DNA of 64,000 bases, taken from the NCBI GenBank assembly GCA_025786725.1, contig JAHLTZ010000046.1:86202-150201 (forward strand). The letters are read 5' to 3'. A program made the position numbers and the translations under genes. The stretch comes from Syncephalis fuscata S228. Taxonomy: Eukaryota > Fungi > Zoopagomycota. Position 1 is the first letter of the stretch, and each line of letters opens with the position of its first letter. The notes under the pieces were generated by a model. That model saw only the letters and a list, made by a program, of their open reading frames with translations, had not been told where the DNA came from and made no database searches. Below, piece after piece: positions 1 through 14,381 of this stretch.

Positions 1-178
1 TTTATATTTTGCTAGTGCGGTATTAATGTTTGTTTTACACGTATTAGTATACTATATTATACACCAATGGCTCAAACGCCAGTACAGTTGAGCTTCGGCG
101 GACGTTGTCGTTGCGCCACAGGGCCAGCAATGGATATTCGTGGCAACAACACATAAACCACACGCGTTATTTGAACCA

Positions 179-304
179 ACCAACTTTACAAGTGAGCTGG
201 TGAGCCCAGACACCATACGAAGCCGAATTGTCTTCAGTCTTGCAGTATCCACAGTTAGAAATATTATCGCCAGTCGGCGTGACCATTGATTCTTCTATGG
301 ACAT
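179..304 (-). pseudogene. ATE1 exon-1 fragment carried on a segmental duplication
   Basis: Identical to 12623-12748 (MSIEESMVTPTGDNISNCGYCK...HQLTCK); homology stops at the first intron donor (AAA|GTTGGT). Confidence 0.85.
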
Positions 305-481
305 TGCAACGTTTCGGCAGTGAAATACTGTAAGACGATAGACAGAAAGGATGTGTACAAGTTGAATAACGAGTTAAAGTGGCAGTGACAGCAATGGCAA
401 TGACAACGATCACTGGTTACATCAATAATTAATTAATTAACTATGGCTGGCCATTAATGTTCAATACTTTTTGATCCATGA

Positions 482-2503
482 TTAGTGAAAATACCAACGT
501 AGCATACGTGGCCATGTATTTTGAAAAATCAATTGGAGTATTTCGTAACGAGCTAGTTCAAAGTCCTTAAGCGTTAATCGATTTTGTCGATAAGCATTTG
601 TCAGGTCCCTGCGACATTCAAATGTAATATTGATTTCATTGCGTGATGACGGACTGATAAAGTCCTCATAAATTAAATTAATTTCTCTATCTAATATATC
701 TTTTGTTTTTGCACTCATTGGTGGCCTTGTTGCTTCGTGTTCTTCTAATATTTCGTCAATTGAGCTAATCGAGCCACTGTGAGTATTGGCAGCAGATAAT
801 GAAGGTCTAACCGGATGGCTCGTGTTGTCACGAGGTGATAAGCTATTTTGAATAGATACTTTTGATAATTTAGTAAATGGCTGGCAATTAGCAATAAACA
901 TACCTTGCTGTAAGGGTCTACCGTGATTTCTATATATTGGATGATGCATAAGTGTACTGTAATAAGGTCTGTAACTTTCGTCACGGTTATGAATCAACGT
1001 TTGATCCAGAAAGCGCAATCTTCGCAAAAACGACAAATTTTCATTTGTAAAATCACGAATGGAATACTGATGCAGCTGAACATTTATTAGATTCAATTAA
1101 ATAAAGTATGAGTACAATAATTGACTTACTGCTAGTTGTATTTCCCTATAATCTATTGTCTCCATAAACACTTCAAAGTCACTAATGTCGCCTGAGGTTC
1201 TATTCGACACTATATTTTCTACCGTTTTTTTAGCTTGATGTTGTTGTTTACGTAAAATACGCCGTTCATAATACAAATATCCCATTGGCCAGGTAAAGGA
1301 CATTATATGACTAAAGAATAGCAATATTTCAAGCAATATTTCTGCAGGAAATGCTCTACGAGCTTTAATCCAGGCAGGACTATCGATATAGCGAATCAGA
1401 AAAAATGAAATTATACAAAGCATTCCTATTAAATATTGAAAAATAAATTCGTTGCGGATACCATAGGCATCTGTTACATTCCACATAATAATTCCAATAG
1501 CGGGAAAAATAACACCAAAAAAGCCGCCAAATCCAACGTTGATCAGCTTAAATGACCAGTTAGCAGAGCATATGGGCAGCTGTGGATATGTTTTGCTCGA
1601 ATAAACAGGATCTAATAAAATAACCATAACAACAGTAATGGCAGTGAAAAATGTAATAACAAAAACTACATATACATGATATCGCGGTTCCAAGATTTGG
1701 ATTTTTGCTATGTATTTTACAAAACGCTGAAATGGTGTAATTTTATCTTGCCACGCCAATTTCGATGGTCTTATGTTTCCATTTTGTGACTTATGGCGTC
1801 CAAGTAAAACGTCCCACCAAGGCCTACGTGGTCTAGGCCCTATTGTATTGGATAAAGGCAAAATCTCAATGGCCGTACTTGGAACTGGTAACTCAGTATC
1901 ATCACGAAACATTCTGGGTAATGCCAAAGGTGAATTATCTGTTTGTTTTGTGCAAATATTGCCAGCCTTTACAGTGCAGTTTCCAACTCCAAACCATGTT
2001 GCCCGTCTAGCATGTCGTCTTGCACGTGTGGCTAATTGCTCATCTGCTGATGTAGGTAGCGGTAACAGTTCTGGATTATATTCTCTCAATGCATCTAGTG
2101 AGCTGCGTCGAATTTCAGTTCTTTTTATTTGTTCTTTTTCAAATAGGCGTCGATTGATTTCATAAAGCCACATCACTCGCCAAAATTTAAGACCCTGGCT
2201 TGTTGCCCAAAGAGCCAGCCCAACAGATAGAATAGAAAAATATATTTTACATGTATAAATATTACGATTCTGTATTGCAACAAATGTATTAGTTGCAAGC
2301 ATAGCGCTGCCTAGTACATGGATAACAGCCAGAAATCTACCGCGATAACGTATTGCTTGTTCTTTTCGGGATAAAATTAAAAAAATGAGCAAATCTATAA
2401 TAAATATTGCATTGATCACTCCACATAGAGTATAAAAAAGTGGTGCATTGTCAAAGAACGTCCCAAAACTCGCTTGGGGAATTAATCCCACAGTTGTACT
2501 CAT
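482..2503 (-). CDS. 7TM receptor fused to a C-terminal RGS domain (GprK/AtRGS1-like architecture), copy 1
   Basis: Seven hydrophobic segments, DAYGIRNE motif before TM6, Cys in ECL1 and ECL2. A 54-nt GT-AG intron (1076-1129) joins ORFs 1097-2503 and 482-1096 in frame. RGS motifs DFTNENLSFL, IYEDFISPSSRNEINIT, FELARYEILQLIFQNTWPRM. Confidence 0.85.
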
Positions 2504-5500
2504 AAAAACTGATTAATTAATTAAATGACAAGAAGAAAGGTATTAAACATTACGTTGTTATTGCATCCAAGTAATATTGTTTATTTTGAATAACACATAA
2601 ACATTTGTTGACAACAGTTCACCCTGAAGTGCGTAAATATGCTGCCCCAGACCGAATTACTATTTAAAAAGTTTAAGAATCAATTATATGCCCTTTCATA
2701 GTTGAGTCGTCAGACCTTGCAAAACGTTAACTATATTGCACTAAAATATGCTGTTATGGCTGCTACCTCTTTCATTAATCGGAGTTATACTAGTAAACAT
2801 TGACTGAAATATTGTTTAATTATGGTGTATTTGTCGTCCTAATAATTAAACTAGTAGCTATCATTTATTTCAACAGGCATTGCGTATGTTACCGGCCATA
2901 TATATAGTCCATTTATTATTATCTTTTTTAATGCTTTACTATTTAAAATAGTTTGTTATACGCATATTATAAAACAACAATCCACACTTTTAATTAGCTA
3001 ATTATTATATATTTAATATTCAATTTACATATATTCTCTATTCATCCATGTCATTCCTCATTACATACTCATGATGTTAATAAAAGTTGTCTATTTATTA
3101 CTAATTTATATCAATTTATTTTTGCTCATTTTTTGTCTTAACGCACTATAGCTTAATAATCGATTTTTGCATACTTTTATTTGCTTAACCATAATGTTTT
3201 ATATTATTATCTACTTTAGCAATGCGTTATTTAGCATGAAATAATGTGTTCTTTTTAGCGCTAGCATACATACCTTTATACACTAAATTTTTAACTGCAT
3301 GTAGTTTTATATTCAGATATTATTTTCTAATACATTTGTTGTTATTGTTTTATTAAATAAACAAAATAAAAGCATTTTTTTACAAAATTTTAAATATTCT
3401 GTTTAAGTAGTGCATAATTGGTGGTATCTGATATCCAGCCTGTACTAATATTACACCATTTTGCTTTCTATCTTCTTTGTTTCTTTGTTCTTCATTACAC
3501 CCCATATCAAGCTACTATATAGATTGCCCTTTTTTGTACATTGTTCGGTTCCCTTGAATTGCATTTGCATATCTTGACGGCATTTCACTCCTTTGTTCCT
3601 ATTGTGCCACCATGCTTTAGTCTACTTTCGGTATTAGTCACCTCGTCCACATTGCCGTTTTTTTGTAAAAAAATACTTATAATATTCGATATTTTTAATA
3701 AATAATTATACTTTTTTAACAAGCTATTAACAGATTCAATAGTAATAATAACATTACAGCATGTAGTCCATTGACAAGCAAAACAAGAATATGTAATAGC
3801 AGTCTAGATTTTATTTTTAAATAAGTTGGAACAATAGTGTCAAATATATGTTCTATCTATAAATAAACCAGAACAATGCCATACAATCTGTATTCTATTT
3901 ATAACTAATCAGAACAATGTTCATAGAGCTTCAATATGCATACATAGGCATGTTGCTATCTCACTATAAATAAAGTAAATTAGTTACAATTATCCACGTT
4001 TCTATATTCAAATCTACCATTTTTGTTTGACTATTAAATAACAGTTTTTGTGAACTTCATTTTAGTCAAACATATCTTCAAAACGTTAGCTGCAAACGCT
4101 TTTGCAAAAATTCTGATATTGTGCTGTATCTATATCGTTATATGGATGTGTTACATATTATGACCTTTTCTAGAAACTATAGGCCAGTTTATCAAACAAT
4201 ATCTACCTATTTTCGTTTCTTGAAACAAAAGTATATGGATAACTTTTGTTTGGGAGATTCAGGCAAGCAAGAGTGGATGAGATGGTTTATGTGGTACATT
4301 AATTTTATAACAAAATCAGGCAAGTAATACTAATTAATATTAATTACTATAATAATAATTCACTAATATTATTAAAAACAGTAGATGTAAATGCAATAAA
4401 AAAGCTAAACACTAAAAAGGGCTTAAAGTTTATTCTGCCTTTGGTGGGGCTTCTACAAGCTCATTGGTTTCTACACCTTCAAAGGAACGAGACATTTGCG
4501 GTCGACATGCCATTGTTGTATGGCCGTATACTGGGAGAATGCGTCCCAGCCTTATTTATCTAGGTGGCAATGTCGAAGCCAGCCTAGAAAGAAGACCGGA
4601 GCTGATGGCCATCCACAAGAATTGGCTAATCCTAATATAGCCTATAAACGACAAATCATATTTTAGATGGAATCACTATTTGATGTCATAAATTACAGTC
4701 AATTGATATAGTTGATTGCAATTATGACATCAAATAGTGATTCCATTTTAAAAATACAAATAAAAGCATCATTTAATATATATTCACCCTGTTCAATTGT
4801 TACATTTGTATTAAACAATTTATTGGCAACTATTATCATTTGGAGTCAAATGACTGGATTTCATAATATGTGCGCAGTTGAACTAAATAATTGTTCTATT
4901 AAACATGGGGCGAATGATGATTTATTAATGATTAAATTATTACATTTATTGTTTGTTTAGTGATCAAATGACTATTTTAATAACATTCGGATTTATTGAA
5001 CATGAAACTAGGAGTAATTCACATCAGGGTCCAAAATACTCATTATTATAGATTTATTATACAGTATGCATATATTCAGTATACATATATATTTTATTCA
5101 TTTATATCACTTCCAATATGCCCTACACTATTATATATCATTTATAATATACTAAATGTATTTTATTTATTATATACACCAACACACTTTACGCAGTCCA
5201 CTCATTACTTTATACACACTATCACGTCAACATCGTTTTATATGCTTTCTCGCCGTACATTTATCATTTTATACGCCATTCTATAATTGCCTAGCCTTTC
5301 TCTATCCAAAGCTGCTTTTATTCTTGTTCTAGCTTTATCATTAACAAATGTCGACCAATTTGTTCATTAATTTGTAATATATATAGCATTCCAAATTAGA
5401 CAGCTACTAAAAAGTATTTATTTTGTATAACTATAAAATAAAGCATTATAATACAACGTGCGAGTATTTGCAAAAATAGCTACTCTTATTTTGGTTGTAA

Positions 5501-5569
5501 AATAGTTATATATAGTACAGTGGCAACACTGAATAAATTAATGTGGTATACTACACCAATAGCGTTAGC

Positions 5570-5920
5570 ATTTATATTTAATCTAGCTAGAAATTCTTAC
5601 CGAATAGCGTAGGCCGCACAACAGCTATCTCGTTGATTTGGCTTGTATAAATATGCTCCAGATCTATTTCAAGTTAAATTCAGTATATTGGTTTGTTGCA
5701 TTCAGTCGAATCTACCTTCGCCAGCCACGATTAATAAACATTTGGTAGTCCTAAATAGTATTTGTATGAGTAATAAGCTTTGTTTGCTTGATATACCAAC
5801 TTTACAAGTGAGCTGGTGAGCCCAGACACCATACGAAGCCGAATTGTCTTCAGTCTTGCAGTATCCACAGTTAGAAATATTATCGCCAGTCGGCGTGACC
5901 ATTGATTCTTCTATGGACAT
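5570..5920 (-). pseudogene. ATE1 5' fragment (exons 1-3)
   Basis: Identical to 12623-~12970 including introns 1 and 2; homology ends within intron 3. Confidence 0.85.
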
Positions 5921-6097
5921 TGCAACGTTTCGGCAGTGAAATACTGTAAGACGATAGACAGAAAGGATGTGTACAAGTTGAATAACGAGTTAAAGTGGCA
6001 GTGACAGCAATGGCAATGAAGACGATCACTGGTTACATCAATAATTAATTAATTAACTATGGCTGGCCATTAATGTTCAATACTTTTTGATCCATGA

Positions 6098-8119
6098 TTA
6101 GTGAAAATACCAACGTAGCATACGTGGCCATGTATTTTGAAAAATCAATTGGAGTATTTCGTAACGAGCTAGTTCAAAGTCCTTAAGCGTTAATCGATTT
6201 TGTCGATAAGCATTTGTCAGGTCCCTGCGACATTCAAATGTAATATTGATTTCATTGCGTGATGATGGACTGATAAAGTCCTCATAAATTAAATTAATTT
6301 CTCTATCTAATATATCTTTTGTTTTTGCACTCATTGGTGGCCTTGTTGCTTCGTGTTCTTCTAATATTTCGTCAATTGAGCTAATCGAGCCACTGTGAGT
6401 ATTGGCAGCAGATAATGAAGGTCTAACCGGATGGCTCGTGTTGTCACGAGGTGATAAGCTATTTTGAATAGATACTTTTGATAATTTAGTAAATGGCTGG
6501 CAATTAGCAATAAACATACCTTGCTGTAAGGGTCTACCGTGATTTCTATATATTGGATGATGCATAAGTTCACCATAGTATGGTATATAATTTTCGGCAC
6601 GATTATGAACCAAAATTTGGTCTAAAAAACGTAATCTTCGCAAAAATACCATATTTTCAATTGTGAATTCACGCATGGAATATTGGTACAACTGTACAAT
6701 TATTAGATTCAATTAAATAAAGTATGAGTACAATAATTGACTTACTGCTAGTTGTATTTCCCTATAATCTATTGTCTCCATAAACACTTCAAAGTCACTA
6801 ATGTCGCCTGAGGTTCTATTTGATACTATATTTTTTACCGTTTTTTTAGCTTGATGTTGTTGTTTACGTAAAATACGCCGTTCATAATACAAATATCCCA
6901 TTGGCCAGGTAAAGGACATTATATGACTAAAGAATAGCAATATTTCAAGCAATATTTCTACAGGAAATGCTCTACGAGCTTTAATCCAGGCAGGACTATC
7001 GATGTAGCGAATCAAAAAAAATGGAGTCATGCAAAGTATTCCTGCTAAATATTGAAAAATAAATTCGTTGCGAATACCATAGGCATCTGTTACATTCCAC
7101 ACAATAATTCCAATAGCGGGAAAAATGATGCCGAAAAAAGCGCCAATCACAATGTTAAGAAAATCAAATGGCCATTTACTACCGCAGAAGAATAATGCTG
7201 GATGCATCTTAATTGAAAACAAAGGTTCCAGTAAAATGACCATAACAACATACATGGCAGTGAAAAATGTAATAACAAAAACTACATATACATGATATTG
7301 TGGCTGTAAAACTTGTATCCCTGCTATGTATTTTACAAAACGCTGAAATGGTGTAATTTTATCTTGCCACGCCAATTTCGATGGTCTTATGTTTCCATTT
7401 TGTGACTTATGGCGTCCAAGTAAAACGTCCCACCAAGGCCTACGTGGTCTAGGCCCTATTGTATTGGATAAAGGCAAAATCTCAATGGCCGTACTTGGAA
7501 CTGGTAACTCAGTATCATCACGAAACATTCTGGGTAATGCCAAAGGTGAATTATCTGTTTGTTTTGTGCAAATATTGCCAGCCTTTACAGTGCAGTTTCC
7601 AACTCCAAACCATGTTGCCCGTCTAGCATGTCGTCTTGCACGTGTGGCTAATTGCTCATCTGCTGATGTAGGTAGCGGTAACAGTTCTGGATTATATTCT
7701 CTCAATGCATCTAGTGAGCTGCGTCGAATTTCAGTTCTTCTTATTTGTTCTTTTTCAAATAAGTGTCGATTGATTTCATAAAGCCACATTAGTCGCCAAA
7801 ATTTAAGGCTCAAACTTGTTGTCCAAAGGGCCAATCCAAGTGCTACCATTGAAAAAAAGACAGTGCAAGGATAAACAGGACGGTTCTGCAGTGCAACAAA
7901 CGTATTAGTTGTAATAATGGCGCTACCTAGCACATGAGTAACAGCCAGAAATCTACCACGATAACGTATTGCTTGTTCTTTTTGGGATAAAATTAAAAAA
8001 ACAAGCAAATCTATAATAAATAGTCCATTGATCACTCCACATAGAGTATAAAAAAGTGGTGCATTGTCAAAGATCGTCCCACGAGGCGTATGGACCACAT
8101 GATTCACAGTTGCGCTCAT
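6098..8119 (-). CDS. 7TM-RGS receptor, copy 2
   Basis: Direct paralogue of copy 1 at a 5616-bp offset; intron 6692-6745; RGS motif EFTIENMVFL; ATG at 8119 aligns with the copy 1 start. Confidence 0.85.
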
Positions 8120-8927
8120 AAACACTGATTTTAGATAAATATATGACAAGAAGAAAGATATTAAATATTAAGTTGTTATTGGATCCAAGCAATATTGTTT
8201 ATTTTGGATAATACATGAACATTTGTTGACGATAATTCACCCTGAAGTGTGTAAATTTGTTTTTCCAGGCCGAATCGCTATTCAAAAGGTTTCAAGGGCC
8301 GGTTATGTGCCCCTTCATTTTGGACCTCAAGACTTTGTAATGTGTTAAATGTGTTACACCAAAATATGCGAATATGAGGCATGTGGTATTGGCATATGGT
8401 CGCACAATGAACATGTTGGTATCATAAGTAATAAAATGTATTCATTGAAATGCTTTGGAATTTTTAACAAGTAACAACATAATGCTGTTCATATAATATA
8501 ATCTGAATAGCGTTTCAAAACGTTTTGATTATTGTTTTTAAATAGCTGGACTTGTACAAAGAGTTTATCGACTAAAAATAGCGCACAAGCCATGAGTCAT
8601 GTGATATGTAGTATGCAATGAATTCCGGTTTAGTACAATGTGTTATTCATGAACAAAGACCCTGCCCATTGACCTTTTACAGCATGCGTGTAAAATAAGA
8701 CGCATTATATGACAAAATATCATGCGATCACAAACCATGGATTTAAATAAAGACGGTTTAAGAACAAGAGTCTTAGAATAGCAAGCTACTTTACAATCCT
8801 TATTTCATCATTTCAGTGCACTACTTTCCAAACACCAGTCTCGTTGCTCTATACACCTGCTAAATCAACTCTTAGTTAATACTATTACGTTTAATAATTG
8901 AATCTTACACTTAATTACATTGCCAAA

Positions 8928-9563
8928 ATGCATTCTTCTTTCTTCATTGCTGTCATAGTTATCTTAGTCCAGATGACCAATCTTACTGGCTACATCTCGA
9001 CTACGGATGCAGCACCAACAACTATAACTATTCCCGATTATGGAATTTTAAATCTTCCTAACGGTGATAGATATTTATTTACAAAGCTCAACGATGCACC
9101 CAACTTTGGCTTTAGTCAATGGGGCGCCATAACTAGCAATAATGGCCTACAGGAACTTCCAACGCCTGCTGTTCAACCACCAATTGACATTTCCAGCCAA
9201 CCAAACTCTGCCTCAACGATTCCTGATAATAAGCCACAAGAACCTTCTGCACCTGTGGCTCAGCAGCCAACCGACTCTCCCAACCAAGCAAAATTTGCTT
9301 CAATTCCTTCTGACAATACTGCTATTGACGCTCCACAAACAAATTCTACTGCAACACTAACAAACTTTGCCAAAGGTGCTTTAAATACAACTCGTGATGC
9401 TATTCGCAACAACGCCGGTATAATCGGCACTGCCGCTGGTACTGCCGTGGGTGCTGCTGTTACAGCTGGCACGAGTACATTTATAGGTCCCGGCGGTATA
9501 GCTGCGGGTGCGGCAGCCGGGAAAATGACATCTGAAAAAATAAGAAATACGTTAAGCAAATGA
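8928..9563 (+). CDS. Putative secreted protein with Pro/Gln/Ser-rich duplicated segment and C-terminal glycine zipper
   Basis: Hydrophobic N-terminus MHSSFFIAVIVILV; two ~29-aa repeats (QELPTPAVQPP.../QEPSAPVAQQP...); Gly/Ala-rich C-terminus AGIIGTAAGTAVGAAV...GPGGIAAGAAAG; single exon. Confidence 0.7.
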   Translation: MHSSFFIAVIVILVQMTNLTGYISTTDAAPTTITIPDYGILNLPNGDRYLFTKLNDAPNFGFSQWGAITSNNGLQELPTPAVQPPIDISSQPNSASTIPDNKPQEPSAPVAQQPTDSPNQAKFASIPSDNTAIDAPQTNSTATLTNFAKGALNTTRDAIRNNAGIIGTAAGTAVGAAVTAGTSTFIGPGGIAAGAAAGKMTSEKIRNTLSK

Positions 9564-10426
9564 ACTCAGCAAGTGGCAACTGCAACCTGTCTTATTAAAT
9601 AAGCAGTGGTTTCGTAAATAAATATGTTTTATTATTTAATTTATTTACTTAAAAAAATAGCAATATAATATTTGAATAACTAGTGGATATTATAAAAAAG
9701 TAGATTTATTAAAGTAGTGTAATTATAAACCCTTCATAAATACTTGTTGATGCGGTTAATATTGTTAAAAAAGGCCATTATAAGAGTAAAACTGCTGGAA
9801 AATTTTAATGTATTTATGTAAAGCTGGTTTAAGTGGTATTATTTTATTTAATTACGGGACTACTATTAAATTAGTATATTAGATTCTAAATAAAGCAGTT
9901 TTAGCGATTGAGCTAAAAAATGGACCAATTAGTTAATTAAAAGTGTGGATTGTTGTTTTATAATATGCGTATAACAAACTATTTTAAATAGTAAAGCATT
10001 AAAAAAGATAATAATAAATGGACTATATATATGGCCGGTAACATACGCAATGCCTGTTGAAATAAATGATAGCTACTAGTTTAATTATTAGGACGACAAA
10101 TACACCATAATTAAACAATATTTCAGTCAATGTTTACTAGTATAACTCCGATTAATGAAAGAGGTAGCAGCCATAACAGCATATTTTAGTGCAATATAGT
10201 TAACGTTTTGCAAGGTCTGACGACTCAACTATGAAAGGGCATATAATTGATTCTTAAACTTTTTAAATAGTAATTCGGTCTGGGGCAGCATATTTACGCA
10301 CTTCAGGGTGAACTGTTGTCAACAAATGTTTATGTGTTATTCAAAATAAACAATATTACTTGGATGCAATAACAACGTAATGTTTAATACCTTTCTTCTT
10401 GTCATTTAATTAATTAATCAGTTTTT

Positions 10427-12446
10427 ATGAGTACAACTGTGGGATTAATTCCCCAAGCGAGTTTTGGGACGTTCTTTGACAATGCACCACTTTTTTATAC
10501 TCTATGTGGAGTGATCAATGCAATATTTATTATAGATTTGCTCATTTTTTTAATTTTATCCCGAAAAGAACAAGCAATACGTTATCGCGGTAGATTTCTG
10601 GCTGTTATCCATGTGCTAGGCACCGTTATGCTTACAACTAATACATTTGTTGCAATACAGAATCGTAATGCTTATTCTTGCGCCGTCTTTTTTTCAATAT
10701 CTCTGTTGGGCTGGCTCTTTGGGCAACAAGCCAGGGTCTTAAATTTTGGCGACTAATGTGGCTTTATGAAATCAATCGACACTTATTTGAAAAAGAACAA
10801 ATAAGAAGAACTGAAATTCGACGCAGCTCACTAGATGCATTGAGAGAATATAATCCAGAACTATTACCGCTACCTACATCAGCAGACGAGCAATTAGCCA
10901 CACGTGCAAGACGACATGCTAGACGGGCAACATGGTCTGGAGTTGGAAACTGCACTGTAAAGGCTGGCAATATTTGCACAAAACAAACAGATAATTCACC
11001 TTTGGCATTACCCAGAATGTTTCGTGATGATACTGAGTTACCAGTTCCAAGTACGGCCATTGAGATTTTGCCTTTATCCAATACAATAGAGCCTAGACCA
11101 CGTAGGCCTTGGTGGGACGTTTTACTTGGACGCCATAAGTCACAAAATGGAGACATAAGACCATCGAAATTGGTGTGGCAAGATAAAATTACACCATTTC
11201 AGCGTTTTGTAAAATACATAGCAAAATCCAAATCTTGGAACCGCGATATCATGTATATGTAGTTTTTGTTATTACATTTTTCACTGCCATGTATGTTGTT
11301 ATGGTCATTTTACTGGATCCTGTTTATTCGATCAAAACATATCCACAGCTGCCCATATGCTCTGGTAGTTGGTCATTTAAGCTGCCTAACATTGGAATTG
11401 GCGCCTTTTATGGCATAATTTTTCCCGCTATTGGAATTATTGTGTGGAATGTAACAGATGCCTATGGTATTCGCAACGAAATTATTTTTCAATATTTAAT
11501 AGGAGTTATTTGCATGGCTCCATTTTTTCTAATTCGCTATATCGATAGTCCTGCCTGGGTTATAGCTCGTACCAAATTCCCTTTTGAACTATTAATTGAA
11601 ATATTGCTATTCTTTAGTCATATAATGTCCTTTACCTGGCCAATGGGATATTTATATTATGAACGGCGTATTTTACGTAAACAACAACATCAAGCTAAAA
11701 AAACGGTAGAAAATATAGTGTCGAATAGAACCTCAGGCGACATTAGTGACTTTGAAGTGTTTATGGAGACAATAGATTATAGGGAAATACAACTAGCAGT
11801 AAGTCAACTATTGTACTCATACTTTATTTAATTGAATCTAATAAATGTTCAGCTGCATCAGTATTCCATTCGTGATTTTACAAATGAAAATTTGTCGTTT
11901 TTGCGAAGATTGCGCTTTCTGGATCAAACGTTGATTCATAACCGTGACGAAAGTTACAGACCTTATTACAGTACACTTATGCATCATCCAATATATAGAA
12001 ATCACGGTAGACCCTTACAGCAAGGTATGTTTATTGCTAATTGCCAGCCATCTACTAAATTATCAAAAGTATCTATTCAAAATAGCTTATCACCTCGTGA
12101 CAACACGAGCCATCCGGTTAGACCTTCATTATCTGCTGCCAATACTCACAGTGGCTCGATTAGCTCAATTGACGAAATATTAGAAGAACACGAAGCAACA
12201 AGGCCACCAATGAGTGCAAAAACAAAAGATATATTAGATAGAGAAATTAATTTAATTTATGAGGACTTTATCAGTCCGTCATCACGCAATGAAATCAATA
12301 TTACATTTGAATGTCGCAGGGACCTGACAAATGCTTATCGACAAAATCGATTAACGCTTAAGGACTTTGAACTAGCTCGTTACGAAATACTCCAATTGAT
12401 TTTTCAAAATACATGGCCACGTATGCTACGTTGGTATTTTCACTAA
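10427..12446 (+). CDS. 7TM-RGS receptor, copy 3 (two -1 frameshifts: pseudogene or assembly error)
   Basis: Paralogue of copies 1 and 2; single-base losses near 10690-10702 and in the A-run at ~11223-11226 (GCAAAAT versus GCAAAAAT in copy 1); intron 11799-11852. Confidence 0.8.
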
Positions 12447-12622
12447 TCATGGATCAAAAAGTATTGAACATTAATGGCCAGCCATAGTTAATTAATTAAT
12501 TATTGATGTAACCAGTGATCGTTTCATTGCCATTGCTGTCACTGCCACTTTAACTCGTTATTCAACTTGTACACATCCTTTCTGTCTATCGTCTTACAGT
12601 ATTTCACTGCCGAAACGTTGCA

Positions 12623-14275
<1,653 letters not shown>

Positions 14276-14381
14276 TAATAGGCGTACACACACACACAAA
14301 TATATAAACAATTGGCACTTTATCATTTGTTTAAACATGGTGGCAATCGCCAATCAGCATATATCAGTCAGGTAGCCACAA

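Larger units (their letters stand above)
179..3003. repeat. Segmental duplication, inverted copy of ~9928-12748
   Basis: Promoter, receptor gene, intergenic spacer and ATE1 exon 1 match the reverse complement of 9928-12748, near-identically outside the TM/ECL patches. Confidence 0.9.

Noticed and set aside
1773-2165. 130-aa antisense ORF repeated at 7389-7781 and 10764-11156
   Set aside because: Its conservation is explained by near-identity of the sense-strand intracellular loop among recent duplicates.
4411-4426. ACTAAAAAGGGCTTA resembling the RNase P/MRP 3' conserved motif
   Set aside because: No matching upstream GGAAAGUC-type P4 strand; the surrounding sequence is featureless AT-rich DNA.
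4121-5286. Short ORFs 4121-4327, 4712-4960 and 4996-5286
   Set aside because: Non-ATG starts, composition dominated by AT-rich codons (I/Y/F/N), no motifs; probably spurious.
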